Positions 54,144-64,000 of a stretch of DNA of 64,000 nucleotides are shown here, piece by piece. How positions within the stretch are numbered: position 1 is the stretch's first letter; every line of letters begins with the position of its first letter. The translations under genes and the position numbers were made by a program. The notes beneath the pieces are model-generated. The model did not search any database. It had not been told where the DNA came from and saw only the letters and a list, made by a program, of their open reading frames with translations. This DNA is from an uncultured virus (IMG/VR IMGVR_UViG_3300029309_000012) (Duplodnaviria; Heunggongvirae; Uroviricota; Caudoviricetes): IMG/VR virus record IMGVR_UViG_3300029309_000012; one strand, given 5' to 3'.

Positions 54144-56746
54144 GGTTGGGCTCTCTTCAGATCAATCAGATAAGGCTGACCATTCGGCGCGAACAGGACT
54201 TCGCCCTTGTAGGCCATCTTGTAGAGGCCATCGCCAACAGAGATCAGGTTGGCCCTTTGCACGACGGACAGAGGCACAGCTTGCTGGTTCAGCACACCAA
54301 CCGGCAACTCATCGTAGGGCCTCATCTGACCGTCAGGGCCCTGGGTGACAGCTATAGCAGTGAGGTCATTCACGCTTTCCATATTGTCGAATATTTCATC
54401 GACGCCATCGTCTGCCTTGATGCTCGACGGGATGATGATGTTGCGGCCGTTGTAGGTCACAATCCCGCCACGTTCTTCACCGTTGATGACTTGGCGTCCA
54501 GCAGCTAGTTGCAGGGCCTCATTGTAGAGGTCCCGATCAAAGACGCCCCCGGCGCTGCCACCCTTGCCCAGGTAGATGAGGTCAGCCACAGACTTAAGCC
54601 GGTCAATCGCCCTGTCCATCGGTGGACTACCGGACAAGCCGTCAAACAGGGTGACGCGCTGGTCACGCATGTCTGTCATCTCGCCCAGGGCGCGATCCTC
54701 TTTGCCGGCCTTTATGCCCCGCCCACGCATCGCAGCTTGAATTGTCGCTTCATCCGCACCGAGAACCATCATGCCGCCGATGTGAGCCAGTTCCGGGGCG
54801 TCTTTGCTAATCTGCCCCAGGACCACCAGTGCATCCTGGCCAAAAGCAGTGGACAGTTTGTTGAGCGTTACCGTCTGTAGTTCGACAGGCATCTCCTCCA
54901 AGGCCGTAGCCAGGGCAGTGGCCTCAGACTTTGTGAGGATTGTCTTCGGTGTGCCGTAATGCGCCGAGACTTTGTTAGCGTCTTTGACCCGTGCCTCAAC
55001 CGCTGTTGCGATATCGGTTGCCTGGCTGTCAGGGCTCAACACCGTTTCCACCAGGTCAACGCCGAGGGCCACGACGCCAGAGCCATTCCCCCAGGACAGT
55101 GGGTCATCCTTGAGCCCTGTCTCCATAGCCGTGAGCCGTTGCTCCATCAGCGCCAGGAACTCACTTTCATCGGCAGAGTAACCGCCATCGCGTTGGCGCA
55201 GAGTATTGATCTTGTCCTCTAGCGTCATGGTGCTGTCGTTGGCGATATCGTTGAACAACTCTGACATAGCAGTCAGCCTGGCCACATCGCTCCGCAGCGC
55301 AGCCACCATATCTTTGGGCGCACCTTCAGCCTCTAGCTTGTTGATGCCGTCATTGATCGCAGCGACATCCTCATCCCGGATCGGGTCAAACCTCTTGACC
55401 ACTTTCTCCAGCGCATCAACGCTTCTGCCAATGCTTGTAGCCGTCGCCTTCAAAGCCGCGTTATCGGATCTTTCGTCAGATGCCATAGCTGCCAGGCGAG
55501 ACTTGACGATCTTGAGCCGCAAGACATCCTCTGGTGTGCCAGCCTCTTCAGCACCCATGCGGTTAGTGATGGTGTCACGCTCCTGCCGCAGTTCTTCCAG
55601 GTTAAATCCCTGGATGCCGCGGAAGTATTCGATGTGGCTCTCTGCTGTAGCCAGGCGCTCTTTGACCTCTGCCAGCCTGGCCTTGTCTGCGCCGGCATCT
55701 TCCAGGGCGTCAATCCTGGCCCTCATCTTGTCGATGACCGCAGTCGAGGGGATGCCCCCGGCCGACACAACAGTAGAGACCTCATAGTTCAAGTCAGCCT
55801 TGAGATTAGCAATCTCAGAGTTAAGTGCAGAGATGTCAGAGTTGGCAGCAGTGCGGAAGTTCCGCACCAGGGTCTGAGCGTTGTCGTCAGAGATGCCACG
55901 GGCCAGGCCACCATCCTTGCCAATGTCAGCCTCAAGTCGGTCAGCGTACTCCAGTCTCTCCTCTGGTGTCTCAAGCCTGTCAAAGCCACCGCGCACTCTA
56001 GCAATCTGGGCTTTGCGATTAGCGCGGATCATGGCATCCGCGACTTCTTCTTCATTGTACCCCTGGGCCCGGAGCATAGCGCCTATGGCCTCAACGCCCT
56101 GGTCGATATCTTTGTTGATGACCGCATCAGACATGCCCGACCTGGCCAGATTCTCCAGGCTTTCGGTCATAGTCTCCAGGTTCAACGCACCCTGGGCCCG
56201 GTTCTCCTGCTTCTTCTTCTTGATGTGATCCTCAGAATAGTTGAGGAACTGAGCGTTGCGGTAGCTGTCCAGAGTGAGGCTGACTTCCTGGGCCGCGGCC
56301 GGGTCCATCATGCCCAGAGCATCGGAGAAGCCGAGCGTCACCATATCCAGTCGCTCTGCCAACTGCGTGGGGTCTTCACCAGCCTCAATCGCTTCCAGGT
56401 ACTGCTTGCCCATCTCGCGCTTGGCTTCGACTTCGATCTCTGCACTCAATCCTTTGACCGCGGCATTGTAAGCAGCAGCCTCGCCAGCATTGAAGCTGGC
56501 AGGGTCTTGGTCCTGGAGTTGGGTCAGTGTCCTGGTCGGATCAGACGCGCCGAGCATTGAGCCCTGGAGAGTGTTCCGTCGCTCCACCTCTTTGAAGGCA
56601 AAGCTAGAGATACGGTCCATCGCCCTGGCCATTGCCTCAGATGTACGCGCAGCCTCACGACCAGCAGCCATGTCGATGCGGGGCACATCTCCTGTACCAA
56701 CTGTTTGGATGGGGGCAGAGGCCAGTCTTTCAAACAGTTCTGACAT
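54140..56746 (-). CDS. Internal virion protein (gp15-like position)
   Basis: 868 aa helical acidic protein in the core-protein cluster. Confidence 0.65.
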   Translation of the reverse strand: MSELFERLASAPIQTVGTGDVPRIDMAAGREAARTSEAMARAMDRISSFAFKEVERRNTLQGSMLGASDPTRTLTQLQDQDPASFNAGEAAAYNAAVKGLSAEIEVEAKREMGKQYLEAIEAGEDPTQLAERLDMVTLGFSDALGMMDPAAAQEVSLTLDSYRNAQFLNYSEDHIKKKKQENRAQGALNLETMTESLENLARSGMSDAVINKDIDQGVEAIGAMLRAQGYNEEEVADAMIRANRKAQIARVRGGFDRLETPEERLEYADRLEADIGKDGGLARGISDDNAQTLVRNFRTAANSDISALNSEIANLKADLNYEVSTVVSAGGIPSTAVIDKMRARIDALEDAGADKARLAEVKERLATAESHIEYFRGIQGFNLEELRQERDTITNRMGAEEAGTPEDVLRLKIVKSRLAAMASDERSDNAALKATATSIGRSVDALEKVVKRFDPIRDEDVAAINDGINKLEAEGAPKDMVAALRSDVARLTAMSELFNDIANDSTMTLEDKINTLRQRDGGYSADESEFLALMEQRLTAMETGLKDDPLSWGNGSGVVALGVDLVETVLSPDSQATDIATAVEARVKDANKVSAHYGTPKTILTKSEATALATALEEMPVELQTVTLNKLSTAFGQDALVVLGQISKDAPELAHIGGMMVLGADEATIQAAMRGRGIKAGKEDRALGEMTDMRDQRVTLFDGLSGSPPMDRAIDRLKSVADLIYLGKGGSAGGVFDRDLYNEALQLAAGRQVINGEERGGIVTYNGRNIIIPSSIKADDGVDEIFDNMESVNDLTAIAVTQGPDGQMRPYDELPVGVLNQQAVPLSVVQRANLISVGDGLYKMAYKGEVLFAPNGQPYLIDLKRAQP

Positions 56747-57297
56747 CAGCGTGGCTCATACATTGTATAGCTAGAGTTTCCGACAGATGGCGCTGGCTTG
56801 GGGTTTGTGAAACTAAACGCGCCAGTCTGATCTGCCATGTAAGCCGCCTCGCCAATACTGGCGACAGCATTGATGTAGCCCTGACGACGGGCCATGTTGC
56901 CAGCAGCCACATACTGAGCGGACTGGATCGCACCACCAGCCTCAATGATTTGTCCCTGGAGTTGCATCAACTCCTGGTTCTCTTTGCTTGTGAAAAAGTC
57001 TGTTACGCCTTTGCCCAGGTTGTAGATGGCAAGGTTGGCCACTGATCCAGAGAAGGGGTCGATAGAACCGGCCGCAGCCCGTGCGTTAATTGTTGACAGG
57101 TTCTGAGCGATCTTCTTGAGGACCTGGATGCCCTGACGCTTGTGATTCAGCGTCTCAGACCTGGTACGCAACATGCCGGCCCTGGCTTGCATCTCTGCTT
57201 GCTTGGCTTGCATGTTGTACATTTGCTGTTGGGCTTTCGCCATCTGCATCTGCTGGATGGCACCAAAGACTTTAGACCCTATCGCTATAGCTTCCAT
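56746..57297 (-). CDS. Internal virion protein (gp14-like position)
   Basis: 183 aa A/Q/G-rich protein after the nozzle gene. Confidence 0.65.
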   Translation of the reverse strand: MEAIAIGSKVFGAIQQMQMAKAQQQMYNMQAKQAEMQARAGMLRTRSETLNHKRQGIQVLKKIAQNLSTINARAAAGSIDPFSGSVANLAIYNLGKGVTDFFTSKENQELMQLQGQIIEAGGAIQSAQYVAAGNMARRQGYINAVASIGEAAYMADQTGAFSFTNPKPAPSVGNSSYTMYEPR

Positions 57298-57298
57298 A

Positions 57299-59272
57299 TC
57301 ACTGCCCCACGCTTACTTTGTAGTCGAGAGCCAGGACCGTCATATCAAGCGGCACGGTCTGCTTGAGTGTGATGGCTCCCTCTTTGTCAAAGCCCAGGAG
57401 TGGGCCGATGGTCTTAATGCCGGTGAAGGGCTGAACGCTAGTGTCCAGGTTGCTCTCTCCAAACTGACGGAAGGCCACCAACTCATCGTTGATGGTCAGC
57501 GCCTTTGTCTCAAAGAGTTCGGCGTTCACCTCCAGGATGCGCTTCTTGAAGCCACGCAAAGAGCCAGACTGTATCTGCGGCTCAACCGGCATGGTCTTGA
57601 CCTCAACCGTGTAATCCAGACCGACCTGATAGTTGCTGGTGCTTGCCCTGGCAAAAGTCGCCGTGTTGCTGCTCACAGTCACATCTGGCTGCACAACGCC
57701 GTCAGTGATGACCTTGACGGTCTCAGTGTCCAGGTGAGCGACACTGACAGAACTGGTGGCACCAGAGGCTGCAACCGCGCTGTCCAGGTTGAGGGTGCTG
57801 TCAAAATACTCGACAAAGTATTGTGCCGCGCTGTTCACTGTCCGCTTGGTGATAACGTAAATCTCATCGACATCCACCCCGACAGCCTGGAACTCACCAT
57901 TGGTTGTGAACTTGGCCGGCGCAGTGACCTCCTGAGACCGCAGCAGTGAGAACACGATCATTGACCCATCTGTACCGTTGACGATCATCAGCCGGTCACT
58001 CTCATCTGTTGAGGTGGCGCGTCTGATCGCCATGTCAGTTGGGGCCTTGAACAGGTGGCCCGACAGCATGGAGACATTGCTGGTGTTGTAGGCAAGTTCT
58101 GTATCGGTGAAGGCTAGTTCGTTGAGAGACTTGCCCTTGCGCTGAATGAACAGGGTGCCACTGTCCACGCCGACAATCGGCACATCAGCCTTCGACCCGT
58201 TCCTGGTAGCAATCTTCACGATGAAGTTGGACGGGGTGATCGGCTCCAGGTTTGCCTGGGGAACATAGAACTCACCACCCGTTGTGAAGAGTTGGAGGTC
58301 GCGGCCGGAGAAGATGTCAGTGATAGAGTTCAGCGTCGATGTCGAAAGCGTTGCCTCAAGAGCCGCATCGTCCAGGCCTTCACCCTTGTCGAAGTTGAAG
58401 AAGTCATTGGCCCGTGATGCCCATACTGTCGAGGGCAGGGACTTGGACCCCGCCATCCAGAGCCGGCCTTCATGGAAGGTGATGGCCTTGGGCCAGCCCC
58501 TGGTGTTAGACCAGGCAAGTTCATGGCCAACCTCCAACTCCCAATCGTTAGCGGAGATGGCGTCAGTCGAGAAGAAGGGCACCTCTGCCACGCCGCGGAC
58601 TTTTGTGGCGCTGACAAACTCCACAATCCGAAGCCGACCAAAGTTGCTCAAAATGTTGATGTACTGATGCTCATGCGAGGCTGAGAAGACCGAGGCTGTC
58701 GCCGTGATCTCGACATTTCCAGATGCGGCAGATGGCGTGATGTCTGCCGCAGGATTACTGGTGGTGATCGAAAATGGATAGTAGGGCCGCTCGACAAACG
58801 AAACAGTCGATTTCGTCCAGGACGAATTGTTAGCACCGCGGACTAGCTTCAGTGGCTCCAGGTCCTCATGCGTGAAGATGATGGTGTCGGCCGACTGTGC
58901 AAAGCGTAGATTCGGCAGCATGGCCGCGGTGATCTCAGAGATCGCCAAGAAGTTGTTGCCAGTGCCGTTGATGTTTGTAACCAGGGCCCCACTGCGGAAG
59001 ACATACAGCTTGCCGGCAGTTAGTGCGAACATATAGCTGTCGTCTGTGTTGAACTCAAACGGGATAAGCCTCACGCCATTGGCAGCGCCACTATCCAGGG
59101 TGGCAGCGTAGCGCAACCCCTCACGCCGCCTGATACCGCCCTGGGGCTGGATCACAACATTGGTGGCAGTCTGTAGGGCAGAGTAATACTGCTTGAGGTC
59201 GATCCTGGCCCGGAGGAGGGGGTCGATCTCACCTACTGAGAAATTTGTCTGTATCTGGACAATCCGGCTCAT
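57299..59272 (-). CDS. Tail tubular protein B (nozzle)
   Basis: QTNFSVGEIDP, QGGIRRR, RLIPFEF, AQSAD, GWP...FHEGRL motifs. Confidence 0.85.
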   Translation of the reverse strand: MSRIVQIQTNFSVGEIDPLLRARIDLKQYYSALQTATNVVIQPQGGIRRREGLRYAATLDSGAANGVRLIPFEFNTDDSYMFALTAGKLYVFRSGALVTNINGTGNNFLAISEITAAMLPNLRFAQSADTIIFTHEDLEPLKLVRGANNSSWTKSTVSFVERPYYPFSITTSNPAADITPSAASGNVEITATASVFSASHEHQYINILSNFGRLRIVEFVSATKVRGVAEVPFFSTDAISANDWELEVGHELAWSNTRGWPKAITFHEGRLWMAGSKSLPSTVWASRANDFFNFDKGEGLDDAALEATLSTSTLNSITDIFSGRDLQLFTTGGEFYVPQANLEPITPSNFIVKIATRNGSKADVPIVGVDSGTLFIQRKGKSLNELAFTDTELAYNTSNVSMLSGHLFKAPTDMAIRRATSTDESDRLMIVNGTDGSMIVFSLLRSQEVTAPAKFTTNGEFQAVGVDVDEIYVITKRTVNSAAQYFVEYFDSTLNLDSAVAASGATSSVSVAHLDTETVKVITDGVVQPDVTVSSNTATFARASTSNYQVGLDYTVEVKTMPVEPQIQSGSLRGFKKRILEVNAELFETKALTINDELVAFRQFGESNLDTSVQPFTGIKTIGPLLGFDKEGAITLKQTVPLDMTVLALDYKVSVGQ

Positions 59273-59886
59273 CCACGAACCGAAATCAGACTGTAGTCCT
59301 CAATCGCCTCTGTTTGTCTGTTCTGGCTGTCGATAGACGTTGCCACGCGGAAGAAGCCCCCGCGCATATTCTCAGAGGGTGTCCCGACAGCCTGGGTCTT
59401 GAAATAGTCCGCTTTGGTTATCTGGTCCGTCACGGTCTCCGCGATGTTCCAGGCCATCATGTATTTCAACAGTTGGATGAAGTAAGTCGGCAACTCAGCT
59501 TCTGGCGTAGGATACTGGTAATCGACATATATCTCTTCCTCAGAAGAGAGCAGCTTGTCGCCCATGACTTCCCAGCCATATTGGATCGGTCTCGCGCCGG
59601 ATGTGCCAGAAGTAAACACTGCGCGAACATTGTTGAGCCTGTCGCCTGGTAGCTGATACTCATACTTGAACTCGTTGACAGGAGTGGTCGTTGTCCTGGC
59701 GAGTTGCGTCTTCTTGAATGAGAAGGTCCAGGGGTGCATCCCGATGGTGCTGTCCCGGATGTCATCATAGAGGCGGTCACAAATCTGTGCCGCGTCAGTT
59801 CCTTCAGAAAAAGAGGAGAGAGGCTTCGCGCCCAGCATTATCAATGCGTCTGAACATATTGATAGTTTGGTGTCGCCAGAAGCCAT
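59269..59886 (-). CDS. Tail tubular protein A (adaptor)
   Basis: ICSDALIMLG, HPWTF, YEYQLP motifs. Confidence 0.85.
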   Translation of the reverse strand: MASGDTKLSICSDALIMLGAKPLSSFSEGTDAAQICDRLYDDIRDSTIGMHPWTFSFKKTQLARTTTTPVNEFKYEYQLPGDRLNNVRAVFTSGTSGARPIQYGWEVMGDKLLSSEEEIYVDYQYPTPEAELPTYFIQLLKYMMAWNIAETVTDQITKADYFKTQAVGTPSENMRGGFFRVATSIDSQNRQTEAIEDYSLISVRG

Positions 59887-59905
59887 AGCCTCTCTCCTGT
59901 AAGTT

Positions 59906-59938
59906 AGAGCCGGCCTCGCCTGATAGAGACCGGCCCCG
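59906..59938 (-). terminator. GC hairpin after the capsid genes
   Basis: GGGGCCGGTCTC-loop-GAGGCCGGCTCT; no clear U tract. Confidence 0.45.
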
Positions 59939-59945
59939 GAGGAAC

Positions 59946-60230
59946 TTAGTCGCTGTCAGTGACAACCCCGATGACCGTGCCATCGGAGACATCGACAACA
60001 CCGGAAGCGTTGGACACGACGATGTGCATGGTCACAGTGCGGGTGCCGCCTGTTGCTCCATGAACAATGATCATGTCGCCAACCTTCAGAGTGTTGGACA
60101 GATCGTTGAAGTAGCCCGACGCATCTACTGCGGTATGTGCATCAGTGGTCGTATACACATACAGAGCAGGGCGGGAGCCGGCGAGTGATTGGCCACCAAG
60201 TGCGCCAAATCCATCTTTCGAGTAAGCCAT
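59946..60230 (-). CDS. Probable capsid decoration protein
   Basis: 94 aa, SGYFN...LKVGDMI, directly after the capsid gene. Confidence 0.65.
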   Translation of the reverse strand: MAYSKDGFGALGGQSLAGSRPALYVYTTTDAHTAVDASGYFNDLSNTLKVGDMIIVHGATGGTRTVTMHIVVSNASGVVDVSDGTVIGVVTDSD

Positions 60231-60245
60231 CAGTCAGTCTCCTTC

Positions 60246-61094
60246 CTAGCTCTCACGACATGTGATTTTCGTGATGCCAACAGGGTCGATGGCTACAGCG
60301 CCAGCCGAGAACATCGAAGCAACCAGGAAGCTGGTTTTTTCCGGGATGTAATCGACGCGGCTTTGCGCGTTCATGTTGATACCAAGACCCATAGCGTCAC
60401 GATGGAACGCATAGACGATGCGGTCAGATGAACCGTCGATAGCCAGTCCGCCTTCATCCCTGTCGCCAACCTGGACAAACCGGAAGCCGAGGAAGGTGTT
60501 ACCACCTGTCATGTCTCCAGTTACCAAGGCTTTGACAGTGTTGAAATCGGAACTGGTGACTTCGGTTTCAGCCAGCAAACCATCCATGTTATTGGCATGG
60601 GCAACGATGACACGGCCTTCAGCAGGGACGTTTGCCGCGTCCATTGCCTTCTTAGCGGCACGAAGTTTCGCCACGTTGAGGTTTGTGTTGGAACCACCGA
60701 CTGAGTTGGCAACAGTCTGTGTGCCAGAACTTGCCACCAGCGCATCAATAACCACCTGGTCCATCCGACGACCAATAGCGCCAGCAACAACCTGGACCAG
60801 TTCTGCACGGTCCTGGAAGTTCACTTTTGCCTGGTTGAAGATGTCCGAGTATTCAGCAGCGATGTAGTCTTCCATCGTCGCTGTTACCTGGGAGTAGGTT
60901 ACCGACATAGGGGTCACATCGGTTTGGGGCACACGGATGCTTGCCGTGCCTTTCCCGATCTTCGGGAATTTTACGGTTGAGCCCTCGACAGTGCGTTCAC
61001 GGGTGAGACCAGCCAGGGCACGTTGACCCTGGTATGCTTGCTTCACCTCACTGTCGAAGAGGGTCACAAACGCATTGCTGATAGATACAGCCAT
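60246..61094 (-). CDS. Major capsid protein (phage 2)
   Basis: MAVSISNAFVTLFDSEVKQAYQG, FPKIGKG, AIGRRMDQ, FLGF, DYIPEKTS; recalled as HTVC010P-type; AAGGAG RBS. Confidence 0.9.
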   Translation of the reverse strand: MAVSISNAFVTLFDSEVKQAYQGQRALAGLTRERTVEGSTVKFPKIGKGTASIRVPQTDVTPMSVTYSQVTATMEDYIAAEYSDIFNQAKVNFQDRAELVQVVAGAIGRRMDQVVIDALVASSGTQTVANSVGGSNTNLNVAKLRAAKKAMDAANVPAEGRVIVAHANNMDGLLAETEVTSSDFNTVKALVTGDMTGGNTFLGFRFVQVGDRDEGGLAIDGSSDRIVYAFHRDAMGLGINMNAQSRVDYIPEKTSFLVASMFSAGAVAIDPVGITKITCRES

Positions 61095-61203
61095 TTGCTT
61101 GCTCCTTCGCAAATCAAAGATAGAGGTTTACATCGCAACGGTTGTCCTGGCCGGGCCGTGTATAGCGAGAACTGGCCGCAAAAAACGGTTGTCAGTTGGG
61201 CAA

Positions 61204-61232
61204 ACTATAACCTCACGGGGTTACGCTTACAA
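61204..61232 (-). promoter_or_regulatory. sigma70 promoter for the capsid gene, flanked by a 14-bp inverted repeat
   Basis: TTGTAA-17-TATAGT; repeat arms at 61185-61198 and 61230-61243. Confidence 0.65.
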
Positions 61233-61281
61233 CTGACAACCGTATGGTTTGCCTATTGGAGAGAAGCCCAGGGCTTCCTTT

Positions 61282-62109
61282 TTATGCCACGTTCTCCATG
61301 AATTGTTGCTCAACCCACTGCGTATAGGCCATGTCTTTGCCATAACGCGGGTCAGCCACAAGCTGCTGGAGTTCGTTGATAGACTTCTGAGCCCCTTCCT
61401 GGATTTCGATGGCGGGGATCGGAGCCTCATTGTATGACTGCCTGATCTTGTTCATGGCAGTGATGAAGCTGGCGTCTGTCGAAGCGTTGGCCATAGCGTT
61501 AATCTCAGCATCGTTGAGAACATTGCTTTGAGCAAACTTCATCAGCCACTGCTCTGTTTCAGCGATGATCTTGTCAGCCCGTGGCCCCAGCTTTGCCTTC
61601 TGCTCTGCAATGGTCTCCTGGGTCTGCGCTTCCATCTCGCCAGCAGATGCCAGGTAGACTTCAGCAATCTCATTGAAAGCGTCCTGGCTAATGCCGTGCT
61701 TCTTGGCTATTTCGAGATAGCCTGTAAGCATGGGGTCGTCGCTTTCGATGCCGGCGTCAGTCATGATGTCCATAGCGTATTCGCCATCTTTCGGGGCCTT
61801 GTGTAGGCCCTGGGACATCTTTGTGCGGAGTTCCTTGTAGTCACGTTTGACTGTGGCCAGTTCTTCAAATGCCTTCTCGACATCGGGCCCGTCAGTCTCA
61901 GACCAGAGTTCCGGCGGAATCCACTCAGGTCGATCACCCCAATCAATGGGCTCTTCATCTGCCTCATCTGTCTCCAGGTGGGGCATAGCCTCTGGCTCTG
62001 TCACCTGTTCTTCTTGTGGGGCGTTAAGGTTGAGGAGGGTTTGCTGCTCCTGGTTATCGCTCTGCGGCTCTTCCGAGTTATCGCTCACGGCCAGTTCATC
62101 TTGGTTCAT
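61282..62109 (-). CDS. Scaffolding protein (phage 2)
   Basis: Acidic 275 aa, RPEWIP...YKEL, HGISQDAF, DPRY; between portal and capsid genes. Confidence 0.8.
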   Translation of the reverse strand: MNQDELAVSDNSEEPQSDNQEQQTLLNLNAPQEEQVTEPEAMPHLETDEADEEPIDWGDRPEWIPPELWSETDGPDVEKAFEELATVKRDYKELRTKMSQGLHKAPKDGEYAMDIMTDAGIESDDPMLTGYLEIAKKHGISQDAFNEIAEVYLASAGEMEAQTQETIAEQKAKLGPRADKIIAETEQWLMKFAQSNVLNDAEINAMANASTDASFITAMNKIRQSYNEAPIPAIEIQEGAQKSINELQQLVADPRYGKDMAYTQWVEQQFMENVA

Positions 62110-62354
62110 AAGTTACGACCTCTTGTGATGCGCCTCTCAATCTCCCGGACAATGCTGTTCTGTCCCTCTCGCGCAAAGCCATGAGACGCATCTTCGCCTG
62201 GGTACCAGGTAGGCTGCTCAATCGTGGTCTTGCGGAGATGTTCAAGAACGCTCTGCCCTTCCTTTGTGGAGAAGCAACGCACAAAGGCACGATCCAGGTC
62301 ATCACGATCCGATACACCTGGCGTCAGGATTTGGAATACATCTTGTTCGCTCAT
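62106..62354 (-). CDS. Small head-module protein (Bbp19-like)
   Basis: F...EGQSVLEHL...REGQNSIVREI. Confidence 0.7.
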   Translation of the reverse strand: MSEQDVFQILTPGVSDRDDLDRAFVRCFSTKEGQSVLEHLRKTTIEQPTWYPGEDASHGFAREGQNSIVREIERRITRGRNL

Positions 62355-63892
62355 TGCTGTGGTCCTTGCATCTGTGCCATCGCACTCTGCATTTCTTTGA
62401 TAATAGCCTCACGCGCCTCTTGGCTATTGATGATGCTGCGCGGCACGGCCATCTTCTCAACAATGTAGTCGAGCATCGCATCCTGGTTGATTGCTACCTG
62501 GCCCATCGGGCCGGCTGTCTGAGCAATCTGTGCAAACTCCAGGACATTCCGCAGATCATCCATGTTTTGCGCCTGTGCCAAGGGAGAAACAGGCACAACG
62601 CGAACTACCTTGCCATCAGCCTTCAGAGGCATATCAACCAGGTCTTTCTCGTTCATCACATAGAGTATGCGGTTGACCATCGGCATCATACATTCTGTGA
62701 TGAGGCGTCCGTAGGCAGCGCCCAGGTTCTGGGACAACTCCTTCATACGTTCCACGATCTCAGTGGCTGACCTGGCTGACTGCGTGTCGAGGGGCAGGGT
62801 GTCATCCAGGAGCATCTTCTTGATGCCCATCACCAGGTCGTTGATCACTAGCTGACCCACATTGAAGTCAGCGGCAGACCGCAGTGGCTGGAGACTTGCG
62901 CCATTGGGGCCACCGTTCCTGGCGACAGGGATTATCGCACCAGGAGCGATGGCTATGTTTTGTGGGTTGAGGACGCCATCATCGGCCGCGGTGTATACAC
63001 CAGCCACAGCGATAGAGGCGTTCTTCAACACCAGTTCCTTGACCTTGTTGAGGGTCTTGATGTCGGGTAGGGCTGAGACCAACGGGCCGCGCCCGTAGAC
63101 TTCGCCGGCAACCTTCATATACCTGGCGACAATCCAGGGGCTAACATCCATTGTGCGATACACCAGGTCACTCGCACCGGCCGCTTTCTTGTCCTTTGCA
63201 TAGACCAGGTGATAGCAGTAGGTCTGCATCTGCTCTGACCAGACTGTGGCCTCAAGGAGTTCAATCTCCTCATCACCCTGGTCAACGGCCTTTCGCGCCA
63301 GGTCCTCTGGCAGTTTGGCGTCAGGCCACTGTCTCTGTATCACATCAACCCTGACCCGCATCCGGCGGTAGACATTATCGACAACGCCGTAGGGCCCTTC
63401 TTCCAGGCTCACCAGGTACTGTGGGACAGCGGTGAAGCGGACAGGCGCATCGTCATCGCCAGGCTGGATCAGCATGACGGCCGTGCCGACACATAGATCA
63501 AGCAGGAATTCCGACATTGCCAGGTCGAAGTTGGTCTGCCGAATCACATCGAACATGCGGTCAGTGTATAAATCCAGGGCCTGGCCGATTTCTTCCTGGC
63601 GGTCCTCTGGCACCTCATTGCCATTCTGGAGCCGGCACCAGTTGCGATATGGCGGGAAGAGGGCGGACTGGATGCGGTTGGCAAACCTCTGTGTCGAGTT
63701 GATGGCCGTCGCATCGAAGACCCTGGCCATCTTGTCCTGGCCTGGCGACTTGCCGTCATAAAAGCCGGAGTAGAGATTGCGTTGCGGCAGGGCGAACTCG
63801 TAACACTCCTCATAGATGGACCGCCACTGGTTCTTCCTGGCGTCCGCCTTCTCAGCGCGTTTCATAATCTCATGCGGTGTGAACTGTGCCAT
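62351..63892 (-). CDS. Portal / head-to-tail connector (T7 gp8-like)
   Basis: 513 aa, FDATA, GEVYGRGP, ALPDIKTLN, SATEI, VSPLAQAQ. Confidence 0.9.
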   Translation of the reverse strand: MAQFTPHEIMKRAEKADARKNQWRSIYEECYEFALPQRNLYSGFYDGKSPGQDKMARVFDATAINSTQRFANRIQSALFPPYRNWCRLQNGNEVPEDRQEEIGQALDLYTDRMFDVIRQTNFDLAMSEFLLDLCVGTAVMLIQPGDDDAPVRFTAVPQYLVSLEEGPYGVVDNVYRRMRVRVDVIQRQWPDAKLPEDLARKAVDQGDEEIELLEATVWSEQMQTYCYHLVYAKDKKAAGASDLVYRTMDVSPWIVARYMKVAGEVYGRGPLVSALPDIKTLNKVKELVLKNASIAVAGVYTAADDGVLNPQNIAIAPGAIIPVARNGGPNGASLQPLRSAADFNVGQLVINDLVMGIKKMLLDDTLPLDTQSARSATEIVERMKELSQNLGAAYGRLITECMMPMVNRILYVMNEKDLVDMPLKADGKVVRVVPVSPLAQAQNMDDLRNVLEFAQIAQTAGPMGQVAINQDAMLDYIVEKMAVPRSIINSQEAREAIIKEMQSAMAQMQGPQQ

Positions 63893-64000
63893 TAGGTGCC
63901 CACTTCCTTCTGTGCTTTTGAGTGGGCGCTTTTGAAGCTGCTGCCTAATCTCATGCTTTCGCGCATCATCTTCATATGTTTTTTGGAATGATGTTGTGAG
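63892..64000 (-). CDS. Small basic protein (partial)
   Basis: Translated by hand: ...QHHSKKHMKMMRESMRLGSSFKSAHSKAQKEVGT, stop overlaps the portal start. Confidence 0.6.
   Translation of the reverse strand, partial: SQHHSKKHMKMMRESMRLGSSFKSAHSKAQKEVGT

Noticed and set aside
55634..57949. Long plus-strand ORFs (308 and 258 aa) and similar antisense ORFs elsewhere
   Set aside because: Shadow frames of well-supported minus-strand genes with no recognisable motifs
1..64000. tRNA/rRNA genes, host genes, att sites, alternative genetic code
   Set aside because: No cloverleaf or host genes recognised by eye, and genes tile densely in the standard code; a tRNA scan was not run

Overview
The window is entirely phage DNA and appears to hold two different marine T7-like (short-tailed) podovirus genomes joined within a tail-fibre cassette (~45.4-48.7 kb). 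Phage 1 (1 to ~46.6 kb) is near-complete. It has a leftward late module (terS, terL, an atypical tyrosine recombinase, portal, a SleB-like virion hydrolase, scaffold, major capsid, many small basic proteins, holin/lysozyme, tail tube and tail fibre), a leftward early module (19.9-24.8 kb), and a rightward replication module (primase, DnaB helicase, split PolA with a DnaJ-type zinc finger, SSB, exonuclease, endonuclease I, class II RNR). Its leftward internal-virion genes lie at 35.6-45.2 kb. From memory it resembles the HMO-2011/HTVC023P-related marine alphaproteobacterial phages. Phage 2 (~46.7-64 kb) is a second morphogenesis module (portal, scaffold, HTVC010P-like capsid, tail tube A/B, internal proteins, tail fibre). 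The most notable observations are a QGR-type tyrosine recombinase embedded between terL and portal, a zeta-toxin-like kinase inside an ejected protein, a recurring hydrophobic-x-x-GG motif across virion proteins, tandem internal-loop RNA hairpins ahead of head genes in both phages, a split PolA, and an overprinted gene in the portal tail. All family assignments come from motif recognition by eye; no database searches were run.
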